This document shows, one piece after another, positions 49,575-61,742 of a DNA stretch of 64,000 nucleotides. Origin of the DNA: Guillardia theta CCMP2712. Lineage: Eukaryota; Protista; Cryptophyta. The notes under the pieces were generated by a model, which saw only the letters and a program-made list of their open reading frames with translations, made no database searches and was not told the DNA's origin. Positions within the stretch are counted from its first letter, which is position 1, and each line of letters starts with the position of its first letter. Where the stretch lies: contig NW_005434659.1 in assembly GCF_000315625.1 (NCBI RefSeq), positions 495,142-559,141 on the forward strand, in the 5' to 3' direction. The translations under genes were made by a program, and so were the position numbers.

Positions 49575-52033
49575 TCATCGCTTTGTCTGTTCGATGATCG
49601 CCTTCTCCTCTATCTCAGCAACGATCTCCTGCAACCGCACGTGTCAAGCCGCATCGCTTCACGTCTTCGCTCACCTTCAGCATCTGCATGTACAGCTCCA
49701 CTCCAACCTCGTTCGCTTCTCCGCTCTGCTCTGCCCCCAGCAGGGATCCAGCTCCTCGGATCTCGAGGTCTCGTTGCGCGAGCTCGTAGCCCGAGCCCAG
49801 GCTCGTGTAGCGCGTGATGGCGGCGAGGCGCTGCTGGGACTCAGAAGAGAGCTCGGAGTCGGGGGGGAACGTGAAGTAGGCGTGCGCTTGTGTCGAGCCT
49901 CGTCCCACCCTGGCAGCAGGTCAGCAGGAGAGGAGAGGAGCATGCACGTTACCTCCCGCGCAGCTGGTAGAGGGAACTCAGGCCGAAGTAGTGGCTGTTG
50001 AAGACGAAGATGGTGTTGGCAGTGTGAATGTCCAGCCCGGACTCGATGATGGGCGTGCACACGAGCACGTCTGCTCCTCCCTCGCTGAACTTGATCAGCC
50101 GCTCCTCCAAGTCCTTCAGCTCTCCATGCGCCACCAGCACTCGAGCTGCTGGCGCCAGCCGGTAGAGGGTCGCGACGACTTGATCGATGTCAGCGATGCG
50201 AGGAACGACGCAGAAGGTCTGACCCGCGCGATCCAACTCCAGCTGAAGGGCCTTGAGGAGGAGGCGCTCGGAGAACTTGGCGACGTGAGTCTCGACCTCC
50301 TTCTTGGAGCGCGGAGGAGTCCGCATGACCGTCATGTCCCGCAGCCCGCTCATGGCCATGTGCAGCGTACGGGGGATGGGGGTGGCAGAAAGGGTGAGGA
50401 CGTCGATGCCAACACTGAGAGTCTTGAGCTTCTCCTTCTGATTTACCCCGAAGCGTTGCTCCTCGTCGATCACCACCAGCCCGAGGCTGCGGAAGGAGAT
50501 CTTAGAGGAGAGGACCGCGTGCGTCCCCACCAGGATGTCCACCTCCCCGTCAGCAACCTGCTGCAGTAGCTCTCTCCTCGTCTTGGCTGGGACGAAGCGA
50601 TTGAGCAGAGCAGGTCGCAGGCCAAAGCTTTTGAATCGACTTTGAACAGTCCGAAAGTGTTGGATCGCGAGGACGGTGGTCGGAGCGAGGAGAATCGCCT
50701 GACGCTGCTGAGAGACGCAGAGGAACAGGGCGCGCATGGCGACTTCTGTCTTTCCAAAGCCGACGTCTCCGCAGACAAGTCGGTCCATGGGAATATCACG
50801 AGAGCATAAGTCTTGCTCGATGTCTCTGAACGCCTTGAGCTGGTCAGCTGTCGGTTCATGAGGAAACAGATCGTCGAAGTCTGTCTTGTGCCCGGGCATC
50901 TTGTACGGCTCGCGCTTGTTCTGCTTCCTCACTGCCTGTAGCTTGATCACGTCGTGCGCGAGCTTCTTCAGCGTCCTCTTAGCCTTCGCCTTCCGCTTCG
51001 TCCAGACCTCAGGCCGCGAAAGATGGTCGAGCTTGGGCTCCTCCGCGGCATATCCAACGCCGCTGGCGAAGTACTTGGTCACCATGGACTGCTGCGTGAA
51101 GCTCTCTTTGAGCACTCCGTCAGCGAACTGCAGCACCATGAAAGGCTTCGGGGCCTCATCCTGCATGGACATATACTCAACCCTGAGGTACTTGGCAATG
51201 CCATGCTGAGAGTGAACGACGAGCTCGTTCTGCTTGAAGAGACTCGTCGGGTCTGCTGTCGTCGTCTCTGCTTCCTTCACCTGGCTCTCCGGCTTGATCT
51301 TTCCGCTCATCGTTCCGCCTGGATTCTTCATCGCAGGACCTGAATTCACGTTGAATTTCACAGCAGGTGGAGAAGAGGGAGGAGGAGGCTTGGACGGTGA
51401 GGGAGGAGGAGAAACGCGAGAGGCAGGTGGAGCAGGAGAGGGACGAGAGGCAGGTGGAGCAGGAGAGAGACGAGAGGCAGTAGGAGAAGGAGAAGTGCGA
51501 GAGGCAGGAGAAGTAGTAGAACGTGAAGGCTGGGAGGAGAAGAAGTCAGGCTTCGGAACTCTGAGCCCGTTGACTATCCTGTCTGTCCGGGGAGCACGAG
51601 AGGTGGGAGAGAGGGTTCGGAGGTCAGGCCTTATGCCCCTCCTTGATTCCGGAGGGAAGAAGTACGTCCCTCCTTCCTTCTGCACATCTTCCATCCTGTT
51701 GTACTTAGGCGAGAAAAAGTTGGTAGCGCTCGATTCAGGCCCCTCCCGCGTCTCGTTGCGAGGCGGTCTGAGAGCTCTTCTGTCGAAGTTCATTCGCCCC
51801 AGCGGGTTCTCATCGACTCGGCCATCACCGTCTGCTGGGTACTGAGCCATGATCGTTGTCGCACAGCGCTGGCAGCGTTTGAACGCAACTCGATATGTCA
51901 TGCAAGAGCGTGAGAGCACGCCCGTGAGAGAGGGAGGAGGCCCCATGAAGGAATTGCAGCCATGGGGAAGGTCGAGAGTCAAGATGATGCAGAGGAGGTA
52001 GAGGGTCGATCTGCTTGAAGAGGAAGCAGACAT
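49575..52033 (-). CDS. mfd: Transcription-repair coupling factor Mfd-like translocase, probably plastid-targeted
   Basis: Signal peptide plus NS-F transit-like start; RID/CarD-like LVVHSQHGIAKY; DRLVCGDVGFGKTEVA; DEEQRFG; LSATPIPRT; QLRGRVGR; TRG motif RDLEIRGAG. Two introns; ends IIEQTKR*. Confidence 0.95.
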
Positions 52034-52515
52034 TATGCCCGAACTAATCTTGTCTCCAATGAGACTCCACAGCACTGAACTCACGGAAGGCAAATAACAT
52101 GGAGGAAAGGATCAAGGAAGGGAGCAGCAACTGAAGATGTTGTCTTAGTGCTGCTATCGCCGATGACATGCATGTCCACCGTCTGTCAGATGCTCCTCCT
52201 CCACTCTTCCCCCGACTCTGCCCCTCTCCTCAATCCTCGATGCCCATGGACCGGCCCCCGGATCACTACTACCCTCACCTCGGAATGAATTTTACCACCC
52301 TACCAGACAAATGTACAAGTAATTATTGGACTTGTGAGGGGTATGCAACCTACCCCCTACCCCTGTGGACCTTAATGCAGTTTGGGCTTGCAATGTATTC
52401 CAACATACGAGGAGAGTAGAAGGAAACATGCACACGACTATCTCACTCGACAGATAAGCGAGGAGAGGTATAGATATCTGACTCAGACTATCGAATGAAT
52501 TCATTGCAACAAGAT

Positions 52516-52558
52516 TCAGAATTATGACTAACTTAATTCAGAATTATGACTAACTTAA
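52516..52558. repeat. 22-bp tandem duplication
   Basis: ttcagaattatgactaacttaa x2. Confidence 0.85.
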
Positions 52559-52629
52559 CCGTTAAGAGCGTGGCATGGAAATCGATCTAGCTTTGTCGAC
52601 AAGGATAACAAAATCAAGACAGTGACAGT

Positions 52630-53700
52630 CACTGTCAGTTACATCCATTTGTAGTTCGTGGAAAAACGATGCTGTACGATTCCCTTAATCGTTTCATTGA
52701 GACCCTGGAAGGAAGAGACATACGATCAGCATGCGACGGATCAGTCATTCGAGAATCACCTCTTGGATGCTATCTTGAAAAGAAGAAAGACATTTCAGCA
52801 AATCGAACTCAATCGCCGGCGTCTGAAAAATGCATCAGCCAACTCGGGGCTGACGATGAACCTCTGCTTCCCCACCTGCCGAAATCTTCGTAATGCAAGC
52901 GTTCGGTTCGCAGGGCCTGCATGAGTTCGCATGCCTCTCCGGAGCAGAGACGTGAAATCAACCAAGTCCATCTCCTTGTCGCTCGGCTTCGCGATCCCTT
53001 TGAGGTGAATCCCGTTCTGATTTAAGCAGTCGACCGCTCCCTTCTCCGTGACGACACCGTTGCAGCGGTTGATGGCATCATAGAGCAAAGAAGCTTCGTG
53101 TAGAAAATCTTCATCCTGATTTCGAGGAGGCCTACCTTCAAAAATCTTCTCGCTTATCACGGACTCATGCCCAGTGGTAATGGGATCCTTTTTCATTCCC
53201 TGCAACTTTTCAACATTTACGACATTGCATCTTGAGACATCACCCGTTTCTCTATCAGAGAGCTCCAGTCGTGAGGCTCCCTCGAACGCAAAATCCTCGA
53301 TCTGAGTGATTGTGGGTCTTCGAGCTGTGATTCTTCCAGACTGCATGAGCACATCAGATATCGGTCTGGAAAATCAAACTGATTACAGTCGAGGTGTGTC
53401 GAAGACCATCTTTTTCTTCTTGATGCCTAGTCAAACCACATGTGAGTTGTTATGGAACCGGCTGCAGTCAAGTACAGCACCGGTAGAGGTTTTACTTGAC
53501 CAACCGCTTGATGACGACAGCAAAGAATTGGAACAATCCCCCACTTCTTGGGGTTGTACGACAGCTGTGACCATGGTTTGATGCTCTATTTCATGCAAAT
53601 TCTGCTGCATCCAGAACGGAAAACCCTGTTTCTCACGAATTGTGAAGACTTTCTTGCTTGAAAGCTCAAATGTTACTTCATCGCTTATTGAACTGTGCAA
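52630..53700 (-). CDS. Hypothetical protein, possibly with degenerate EF-hand-like helices (limits uncertain)
   Basis: 185-aa protein-like ORF (LLYDAINRCNGVVT...MDLVDFTSLL) with flanking exon-like segments. Confidence 0.35.
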
Positions 53701-54907
53701 AGATCACTGTTTGAACCTTTAACGTGACTCCTAATTTTCAGGTATTTAACAAGAAGAAGCACTAGAAACTTTGATTGGGGAGAAGGAGGAGAGTGAGAAG
53801 GAGGAGGAGAGGAAGGGCGGAGGAGGACAAGCAGGCGAAGGAGGGTAAACAACGAGGACAAGAATGTATTGTTGTTCAGTCCGACAACAAGCAGGAGCGA
53901 TTAGGGGGAACAGCTGGTTTCGAGGGGGTGGGGGTGGACATGATGGGGGTGAGATAGCGGAAAATTTAATTGCCAGGCTGTGAGTGGGGGGTAGGGGTGG
54001 GGGAGGGGTGCACCCAAGTCGATACTCGGAAGTCAAAATTCTACAGACCAGGGGTGTTTTAACAGAAAAATACAGGGGTAGCCTGACTCATTGTGTCTCC
54101 GTAGTAAAAAAGTGAACTGAAATTCCGTGGGGCAGGTAAGGGGGTACCCGTCGGGGGTACATCATCGTCACCGGTGGTCTAGTTCACTGGTAGGGTATAG
54201 GGGTGCATATGAAGATGTGATGGGGGTGGGGGTGGGGGTTGAAATATTGGGGTCAGGAGCGTGAGTGCCGAATCTGCCTTTTCGAAGTTTACTACTTGAT
54301 AGGATGGAGGGGGTGGGGTGATAAATGAAGGGGGTGGGAAAGATTGCTCCTGCCTGGGATAGAGGAAGTTGTAGAAGATGATGAATGGGAGGTAGGGGTC
54401 CAATGTACATGGGTGGTTGCGAGCAGGGGGTAGGGTACTTGGGGGAAGGGGTTAACCGCACGGTTCAGAGCCGTTTCAGATGAGCGGGCCCGGCGCTGTT
54501 CGCCGGAACTGTCGGGGAGACTCACAGGCAACTCCGTGCCATAGTCGCTACAGCTAGTGGGGCATCCTGCTACTTTGAACTGAAGTGTCGAAGGCAGGGT
54601 AGGGGTCCAAAACCTATGCATGAGACCGGTATTTTACCAAGGTATCAGACGGGTGGTCATGGTCAGATGCGGGTAGATGGAGGGTGGTTTTGAGGGTTGT
54701 CCATGTTGATAGCTTTCAGCAAACTCATGCATATCTTTGCCGGCGAAAGCAGAAGGAGCGACGATGAGAGCCAAGAAGCGAGAGAGAGGAGACAGACCGT
54801 GGGGAGCGAGATGATAAATTGAAGTGAGTGGAGACTAACAGACCTTCAAGGCTTCTCTCATACAGAATCTTAACTTCTCTAGGAAGAGAACAGATACACT
54901 AAACCTC

Positions 54908-55070
54908 TTAACTTCTAGGAAGATCACACGAGTATTATTAACTTCTAGGAAGGTCACACGAGTATTATTAACTTCTAGGAAGATCACACGAGTATTATTG
55001 ATTTCTGGGAAGATCACACGAGTATTCTTAACTTCTGGGAAGATCACGGGAATTATTAACTTCTCTAGGG
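54908..55070. repeat. 30-bp minisatellite (~5 copies)
   Basis: acttctaggaagatcacacgagtattatta units with few substitutions. Confidence 0.93.
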
Positions 55071-55208
55071 AGAAGACTGGAACATCGACAAGTAAGCTTG
55101 CTTGTTCTACCCTTGAACAACACATGCTGGCATTAAGTGAGGCTTGATTCAATAATTTGAAATCATCTGTTCGAGCACCAAAGGAAGCAAGAAAATCAAA
55201 TGTTTTGC

Positions 55209-58200
55209 ATGATGATGAGGCGAATCTTTTGTTTCTCCTTGTGCCTTCTGGCACTTTCTTCGGCACATATTCTGCCCATCGCGTTAGAAAGTCTGGAGGA
55301 GGTCTCAACTTTACTTGCGGTGCCACATGCAGTGCAAGTAGAAGCTGCAGACAGTCATGCTCAAGAGCTCAGGAGCAGCTCAACTTTTGACGTGTCTTTG
55401 GGTACAATATCTTTTCAGATCTCAACTCCCCAGGTGTTCTTGTACACTCCTTCAGGTAGATCAGGCCTCGTTGATGCGTTCACTTGACATCTCCCTCGCT
55501 CATTAGGTTCCGCATTTGCAGCGAATATTGATGCAGCTGCTGATCGCCTTGCCTTGGGCTCCAAGTACGATGGTCTTGCATCTGCCCGGGCAGACGCGGG
55601 GCCAGATTTCTACAAGGAAGATCCGAAGATGTGGTCAGTGTCGGACAGCAGCAGCATGCCCTTTCAGACCAAGACGAGCGAGGTAAGTGCTGGTGTGTTG
55701 CAGTGTCGCACAAGATCACTTCTCCCCCAGGTGCTCACCTGCTTTGGCATCAATTACATCTATTGCAGCATTCACAACTCGAGCAACTTGTGGACCCAGT
55801 TGCCCAAGTTACAAATTTCGAAAGATGTGAACTGCGGGAACAGTGATCTGTTATGCAATGGTAATCTTTTCTCGACCTGGAGCTCAGCTATGGCCTACTT
55901 GGATTCGACGACAGGGGGTCTGCTTGTCGTCAAGGTTGTTCTCGTTGCCTGCTGATGCGCCATGACCCTTTCTCAAGGTGCTCGAGCTCTTCCGCGGGTC
56001 CCATTGGCTCTGCTGGTCAGGATGTGCAGCAAATGCGACGGCGAGTTCGCCCTCCATCGCCTCTGCTGGAAGATGCGGCCCGCAGTTTGGAGATGCTGTT
56101 TGCGACTGCAGGGGATCCCCTGCCTCATCAATCGTGTGGTGCTGCGAGTCGTCGGGTTGGTGCGGAGACACGTCACAACATCGAGCATGCTCCAGCGGAA
56201 GGTTCGATAGAAATTTCAGCTGTGCTCCGCCGACGATAGGTTCGAAAGGAATCATCATCGACACAACAGCTGCCCCAAAGTCTCTTGTTCTCAACGAAAG
56301 CTTCGTTATGATAGGCTATCCTGGCTACAATAATGGTACCGGCAAGGTTGATGTCTGGCAAGCCATCGGAACGCCGAGCGGAAATGGGACAGGCTCCGAG
56401 GGATTGTTCGGAATGTACAACAGATGGCTACTGGTCTCAAGCTTGAAGGATGACAAATCTTCTGCATTTGGCTCATACATTGCCATTCGTGCTAACCTTG
56501 TTGCAATCAGCGCACCTAGCTACTCACAAGCAAGTTCATCTGTTCACATTTACAGCAATCTTGCCTCATCGGGCATTGAGAGAGTTTGCACAATTCAAAG
56601 CCCGACTCCCAACGCTCAGTTTGGATTGGCAATCGCGATACAGCAGCACGAGTCTCAAAGTCACAAGTACATTGTCTTCGTCGGCTCTCCCAGCGAGAAC
56701 AGAGTTTATGCGGTCAACGTGAATCTTGCTCCTACAACACTCATAGATCAGTCGTGTGAGGCTGCAAGCTTGTTGAGGATCTTCAAATCTCAGGACACAT
56801 CGTATGCATGGAACTTCGGCTACTCTGTCGGCGCAACTGGTCGGTTTGTCTTCGTGGGAACTCCCAGCTACACCAACGCTCAGAGTGGCTACTTCTACAG
56901 CGGTTTGTTGATGGTCTTCACCTGCTGCTTCCCCGGGGAGTATTACGACTCGGTTAGCTCGTCCTGCTTTATATGCGGGGAGGGGACCTGGTCTGCTGGA
57001 GGCCAGCAGTCAGCTTGCACCTCCTGCATCCCGCAACATGCGAGGCAGATCTCAGGTTGCAACTACACCTGCTTGTCCGGTTTCTTCGGCAGGGATTGTC
57101 AGGTGCGCCCGGTTGAGGACTGAAGGAGTCAAGCTGACGCAATTTAGGTGTGCTCAGTAGCGATGCAAGGAACATACAAGCCGTTGTACTCACACTGGGT
57201 AGACGGGCTTTCGACTTGTGAGTGGGCATGTGACCAGTCTTTCTTTCCCTCCAACGGTTCGTGCGTCACGTGCGGCAACATCACTGATCTCAACGGAGTA
57301 TACGATGCGGTGGGCTGCTCGTGGACATGCAAGAAAGGTTTCTTCAACTTCTCCAACTCCACCTCCCCGATCTGTCGAAGCTGCTCGGAATACAAGGCGC
57401 GAGTCGGCGAGGCTGCTCCTCCTCATGCCCAGTGGGTCGATGGAATCTCGACTTGTACCTTCGGGCCTCTGCTCGGATACAAGTGTAATGGAAGTAACTG
57501 CACCCCGTGCGAGCAGCCGCTCGTCCATGCTCACTGGCTGTGGAAGCCAGGGCTGCAGTCCGAGCAGTGCGACCGCGAGTGCGACCGAGGCTTCTTTGCA
57601 AGGCTCGACGGAGCGTCGCTATCGTGTCTGACTTGCTCTCAGCTGCAGCAGGTGAGGCAGAGGTGTGAGGAGGTGCGTAGTGATGATGATGCAGGCCAAA
57701 GCTCCGAGCGAGCAGATCTCTTTGCCAGCTAGAGCCGCATGGAACGACAACACGACTACTTGTGATGCGAACTCGTGGCAATGCCTGCCGGGGAACCTCT
57801 TGAGCGCAACTGACAAGTTCTGCTGCCCTGTCAACATCTCAAACTCAAAGGCGAACGCGAACAGCCGGCCGTGCGGGGTATTCCCTCCTGACTCTTTTGC
57901 TTACAGTACTGATGGCTAACAGGTGGAGTGCTTGCTGGGCTTCTGGTGGGATCTGAATTCTGCCTCCTGCCTCCCCTGCTCGCCACTCCCTCTTCACACG
58001 GAGTGGGCAGGACCTAACTGTCTCTTCCGAGCTCTCCCGGGATACACTTGTGGAGCCGAAGGCTGCCAAGCTTGTAGCGTTGCGCTGCCTCCTCATGCCG
58101 AGTTTGTTCAGGCGGCTCGAGATTGTGAGTTCCGCTGCGACCAGACTTACTTCGGGCATCCCGACTATCAGGGGGTCTGTGTGAAATGCTCCGTCCTCCT

Positions 58201-61200
58201 CACTCAGGTCGTTCCGCCCAGTCAGAGGGTCGAGCTGCCTCGTCACGCGGTGTGGCTTGACAACGTGACCTCGTGCTCCTTGGACAGCTGGGAGTGCGAC
58301 GAGGGGTATACAGAGGACAAGACGTTTCGGCTCTGCTGCCCGCTGAACATTCCCAATGCTCGAGCAGGAGTTCCAGGAGCTCCTTGCAGCGTTGAGTGTC
58401 TTCCTGGGTTCTCCTGGAATGCCTCGAGGCTGTCGTGTCAATCATGTCCTGCTCTGCCCGACAAGGCTGATCGCTTCATTGCGGGCTGCGACTTTGTCTG
58501 CAAGGCTGGATCGTTCTTGACGCAGGACAAGCTCTGTGTGGACTGCAGGACGCTGCAGGTGAGGTGCAGGTGGTGGCAGTTTCGCTCTTGACCTGGTTGA
58601 CACAGGAGTCTGCGGGCACGGCTCTGCCTCCGCACGCTTTCTGGCCTCTCAACGTGAACCTGAGCGAGTGCACGAGGCTCTCGTGGGAGTGCGACGATTT
58701 GAACTTCTTCAAGTCTCTCGCTGCTGACCCCCCGGGTTGTTGCCCGAGGAACCTGACGGAGGGTGCTGAACCCTCCGACAGCGTCAGGACTTGCAACTAT
58801 CAGTGTCAAGTCGGATGGCGATGGGACTCTGCCGCCAAGTTGTGCGTGCGATGTCCGAGCCAGGTAACTCCCCCGTCGTCAGATCCCTCCATCTTCTTCT
58901 GGAACTTCACCGCCTGCCTCTGGGAGTGTGAGCAAGACTGGTACCCCTACCCTCCCGCCTCCGCCTCGCCAGACAGATGCGTTGACTGCGCAGAGCTGGC
59001 GACGCTGGAGAGTTGGCAGAAACCCGCGAACTCAGAGTGGGCGCTGCCAGCCCATGAGACGAGCTGCCGCTACCTGGACTGGACGTGCAAGGACGGGTTC
59101 TTCCTCCAGCTGCAGTTCAGCCTCTGCTGCTCGCAGTCAGACTTCTTCGCGCCCTTCAACCTACAGGCCAACTTCGAGTGGCTGCCTAACAGCTGCTCGT
59201 GGCAGTGCCTTCCAGGCTACTTCCCCACCACCCCCCGACGCGACTGGAACAACCCAGCGGCAGGAGGGAACTGCCTGACATGCTCTGAGTACCTCAACAA
59301 GTTCCAGGTGCCGCTGCTGGGGTCAGACGTTAACAAAGTGTCAGCCAACAACCCGAGCTCATGCACGGCAGTTGTGACGGTGAAGTTTATGGTTAGCAAA
59401 ATCACAGTGAGCGACTTCTCGTTGGCTAGAGAGTCCAGCCTCCTCTCCCTCATCGCCTCAGTCGTTGGCGTTTCCTCGCAGCTCGTCAAGCTTTCCGCGA
59501 TCAGCAGCAGCATCGCCACCCGCCAGGTCGCCGCTGTCAAGCAGCTTCTCTCCATTACTGTCAACGTCGTCCAGCTGGACCCTCAGCTCGTCAGCAGCGT
59601 CATCAGCTCCCTGCAAGGCATCAAGTCGGACACGAACTTTCAAAGCTTCTCCTCCTCCTTCGGGAGCGACTGGCAACTCAAGACCGTTGAGGCGACCGGA
59701 GGAGATTCTGCGTGGAGCTGCAGGGTCAACTACGTCAAGAACGCGGAGACAGGCAGCTGCTGCCAGGCCTCCTCCTTCTGGCCTCCTGCCTCTGACCCTT
59801 CGACGTACGTCTGGGTTGGAAGCTGTCAGTGGCAGTGTCGAGGAGGCTACATCCAGGAGAAGCTCACGGGCAGGTGCATCTCGTGCGACCTCTACCAGAG
59901 CAGACTCGGCAACTCGAAGCCTCTCAACTCTCACTGGACCTCCTCGCAGTCTCAGCCCTGCGGCAACTGGGAATGCGACACCGGATACGTCCCTTCCTCC
60001 TCGGGCTCCGAGTGCCTCCTCCTCTCCTCCCTCCGCATCAAGTGCTCCGCCCTCAATCGATGCGTTTCCTGCTCGCAGATCGCAGACTGCGTGTGGTGCA
60101 ACGAGAGCTGCGTTCCTGGCACGACCACGTTGCAGTACAAGGGATGCCCGTACGACAACAGTGGTACCGCGCAGCCCTGTAGCTGCGACATCACCTGCCC
60201 TAAGGACTGCGCGCATGACTCCTGCTCCTCCTGCATCGACGACAGCTACTGCGGCTGGTGCTCCACGAGCAGCAAGTGCATGATCGGCAACGACAAGCGT
60301 CCGCAGTACGAGCTCTGCTCTTACGACTGGATCAGAAGAAACAGCCAGCTGCCCGTCGAGCACACAGATGTGGCTCATAGCCATGATCTGTGCAACCTGT
60401 TCCACCGCCGTCGTGGGATCGTTTGGCGGCTACGCCGTCCTGCGACTGAAGTTGGCAATCAGGCGGAGAGAAAGGCAGGACGCGGAGTACGTGCGACGAC
60501 GAGAGCAGCTGCTGGAGATGACTCGCACCACCATGCACAACTTCCCGACCTTCAAGTTCCATGCCAACAACCGGGTGAGACCCAGGGACAAAGAGGACGA
60601 GGATGAAAAACCGACGTGCTCCATCTGCCTGGGAGAGTTCGCAGAGGGCGAGGAGCTCAAGTCTCTTCCGTGCGTCCACGTCTTTCACTGTGCCTGCATC
60701 GACCAGTGGCTTCGACTCTCCTCCGAGTGTCCTCTCTGCAAGAGATCTGTGCTCGCCAACGCTGACCAATCGGCTGATGCCCAGCCCTTCGTCGCCGCGC
60801 AGGCCCAGGCCTTCGAGATCGACCCGACCGCGGCTGGCGCTCCTCCTCGCCGCTCTCTCCGACGTTCGGCAGCTCAGGCTGACACCAGCAGCCCTCAGCT
60901 GCAGGATGGCTGGCTGATGAGCCTGCAGGAGAGCGTGAGAGCCATGAGTCAAACTCGTTCTCGTTCCTACCAGCCCGACGGTCCAGAAGCCCAGCAGCTG
61001 AACCTCAACGTCCCCTCAGCTGCCTCAGAGCTGGACACATACCAGCCCTCCGTCGCTTCTGCAGCGGCTTCACGGCGACTGCAAGTCCCGAATCTTAGAA
61101 TCCCGGCTGTCGTCCGGTCCCTCCAGCAAGACGAGCAGGCTGAAGGTGAGCGGGACGAAGAGAGAGAGGAGGAAACCTCAGCTCCTAGCATCGTCTCACC

Positions 61201-61261
61201 TCACAGCGAAGCAACGACTTCCTCGTCTGGCAGCTCTCCTAGGATCGACTTGGTTGTCTGA
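55209..61261 (+). CDS. Large type-I membrane protein: Cys-rich ectodomain, TM helix, cytosolic RING-H2 E3 domain
   Basis: Signal peptide; hevein-like GRCGPQFG...CCESSGWCG; FG-GAP-like blades (FGSYIAI, FGLAIAI, FGYSVGA); many P.(H/N)(A/S).W...C.W.C..G(F/Y) repeats; PSI repeats; TM MWLIAMICATCSTAVVGSFGGYAVL; RING-H2 CSICLGEF...PCVHVFHCACIDQWL...CPLC. Frame discontinuity near 60334. Confidence 0.85.
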
Positions 61262-61683
61262 CAGCCTCTTGTACCACTACCCGACTTCCTCGTCTGGCAG
61301 CTCTCCTAGGATCGACTTGGTTGTCTGACAGCCTCTTGTACCACTACCCGACTTCCTCGTCTGGCAGCTCTCCTAGGATCGACTTGGTTGTCTGACAGCC
61401 TCTTGTACCACTACCCGACTTCCTCGTCTGGCAGCTCTCCTAGGATCGACTTGGTTGTCTGACAGCCTCTTGTACCACTACCCGACTTCCTCGTCTGGCA
61501 GCTCTCCTAGGATCGACTTGGTTGTCTGACAGCCTCTTGTACCACTACCCGACTTCCTCGTCTGGCAGCTCTCCTGGGATCGACTTGGTTGTCTGACAGC
61601 CTCTTGTACCACTACCCGACTTCCTCGTCTGGCGGCTCTCCTAGGATCGACTTGGTTGTCTGACAGCCTCTTGTACCACTACC
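61215..61683. repeat. 67-bp tandem repeat, 7 copies
   Basis: Units start at 61215, 61282, 61349, 61416, 61483, 61550 and 61617. Only copies 6 and 7 carry a single A>G substitution each. Confidence 0.98.
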
Positions 61684-61742
61684 TCCTAACCGCTGGTGGC
61701 CGAGCTCCTCTCCCCTCCCGCGAGCCCCTATGAGTAAAGCCC

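Noticed and set aside
49575-52033. Bacterial contamination suggested by mfd (and by bL36 at 30379)
   Set aside because: mfd has spliceosomal introns and a eukaryotic leader; both genes sit among intron-rich genes.
54835-55326. ORF with VIFPEVNNTR decapeptide repeats
   Set aside because: Explained by the 30-bp minisatellite read on the minus strand, and it overlaps the start of the real plus-strand gene.
59458-60405. Long antisense or alternate-frame ORFs (also 698-1366, 8759-9619, 24661-25659, 39992-40825, 48184-48858)
   Set aside because: Shadow ORFs of GC3-rich real genes, with no recognisable domains.
61215-61683. CRISPR-like regular array
   Set aside because: Units are contiguous and essentially identical with no unique spacers, there are no cas genes, and the context is eukaryotic.
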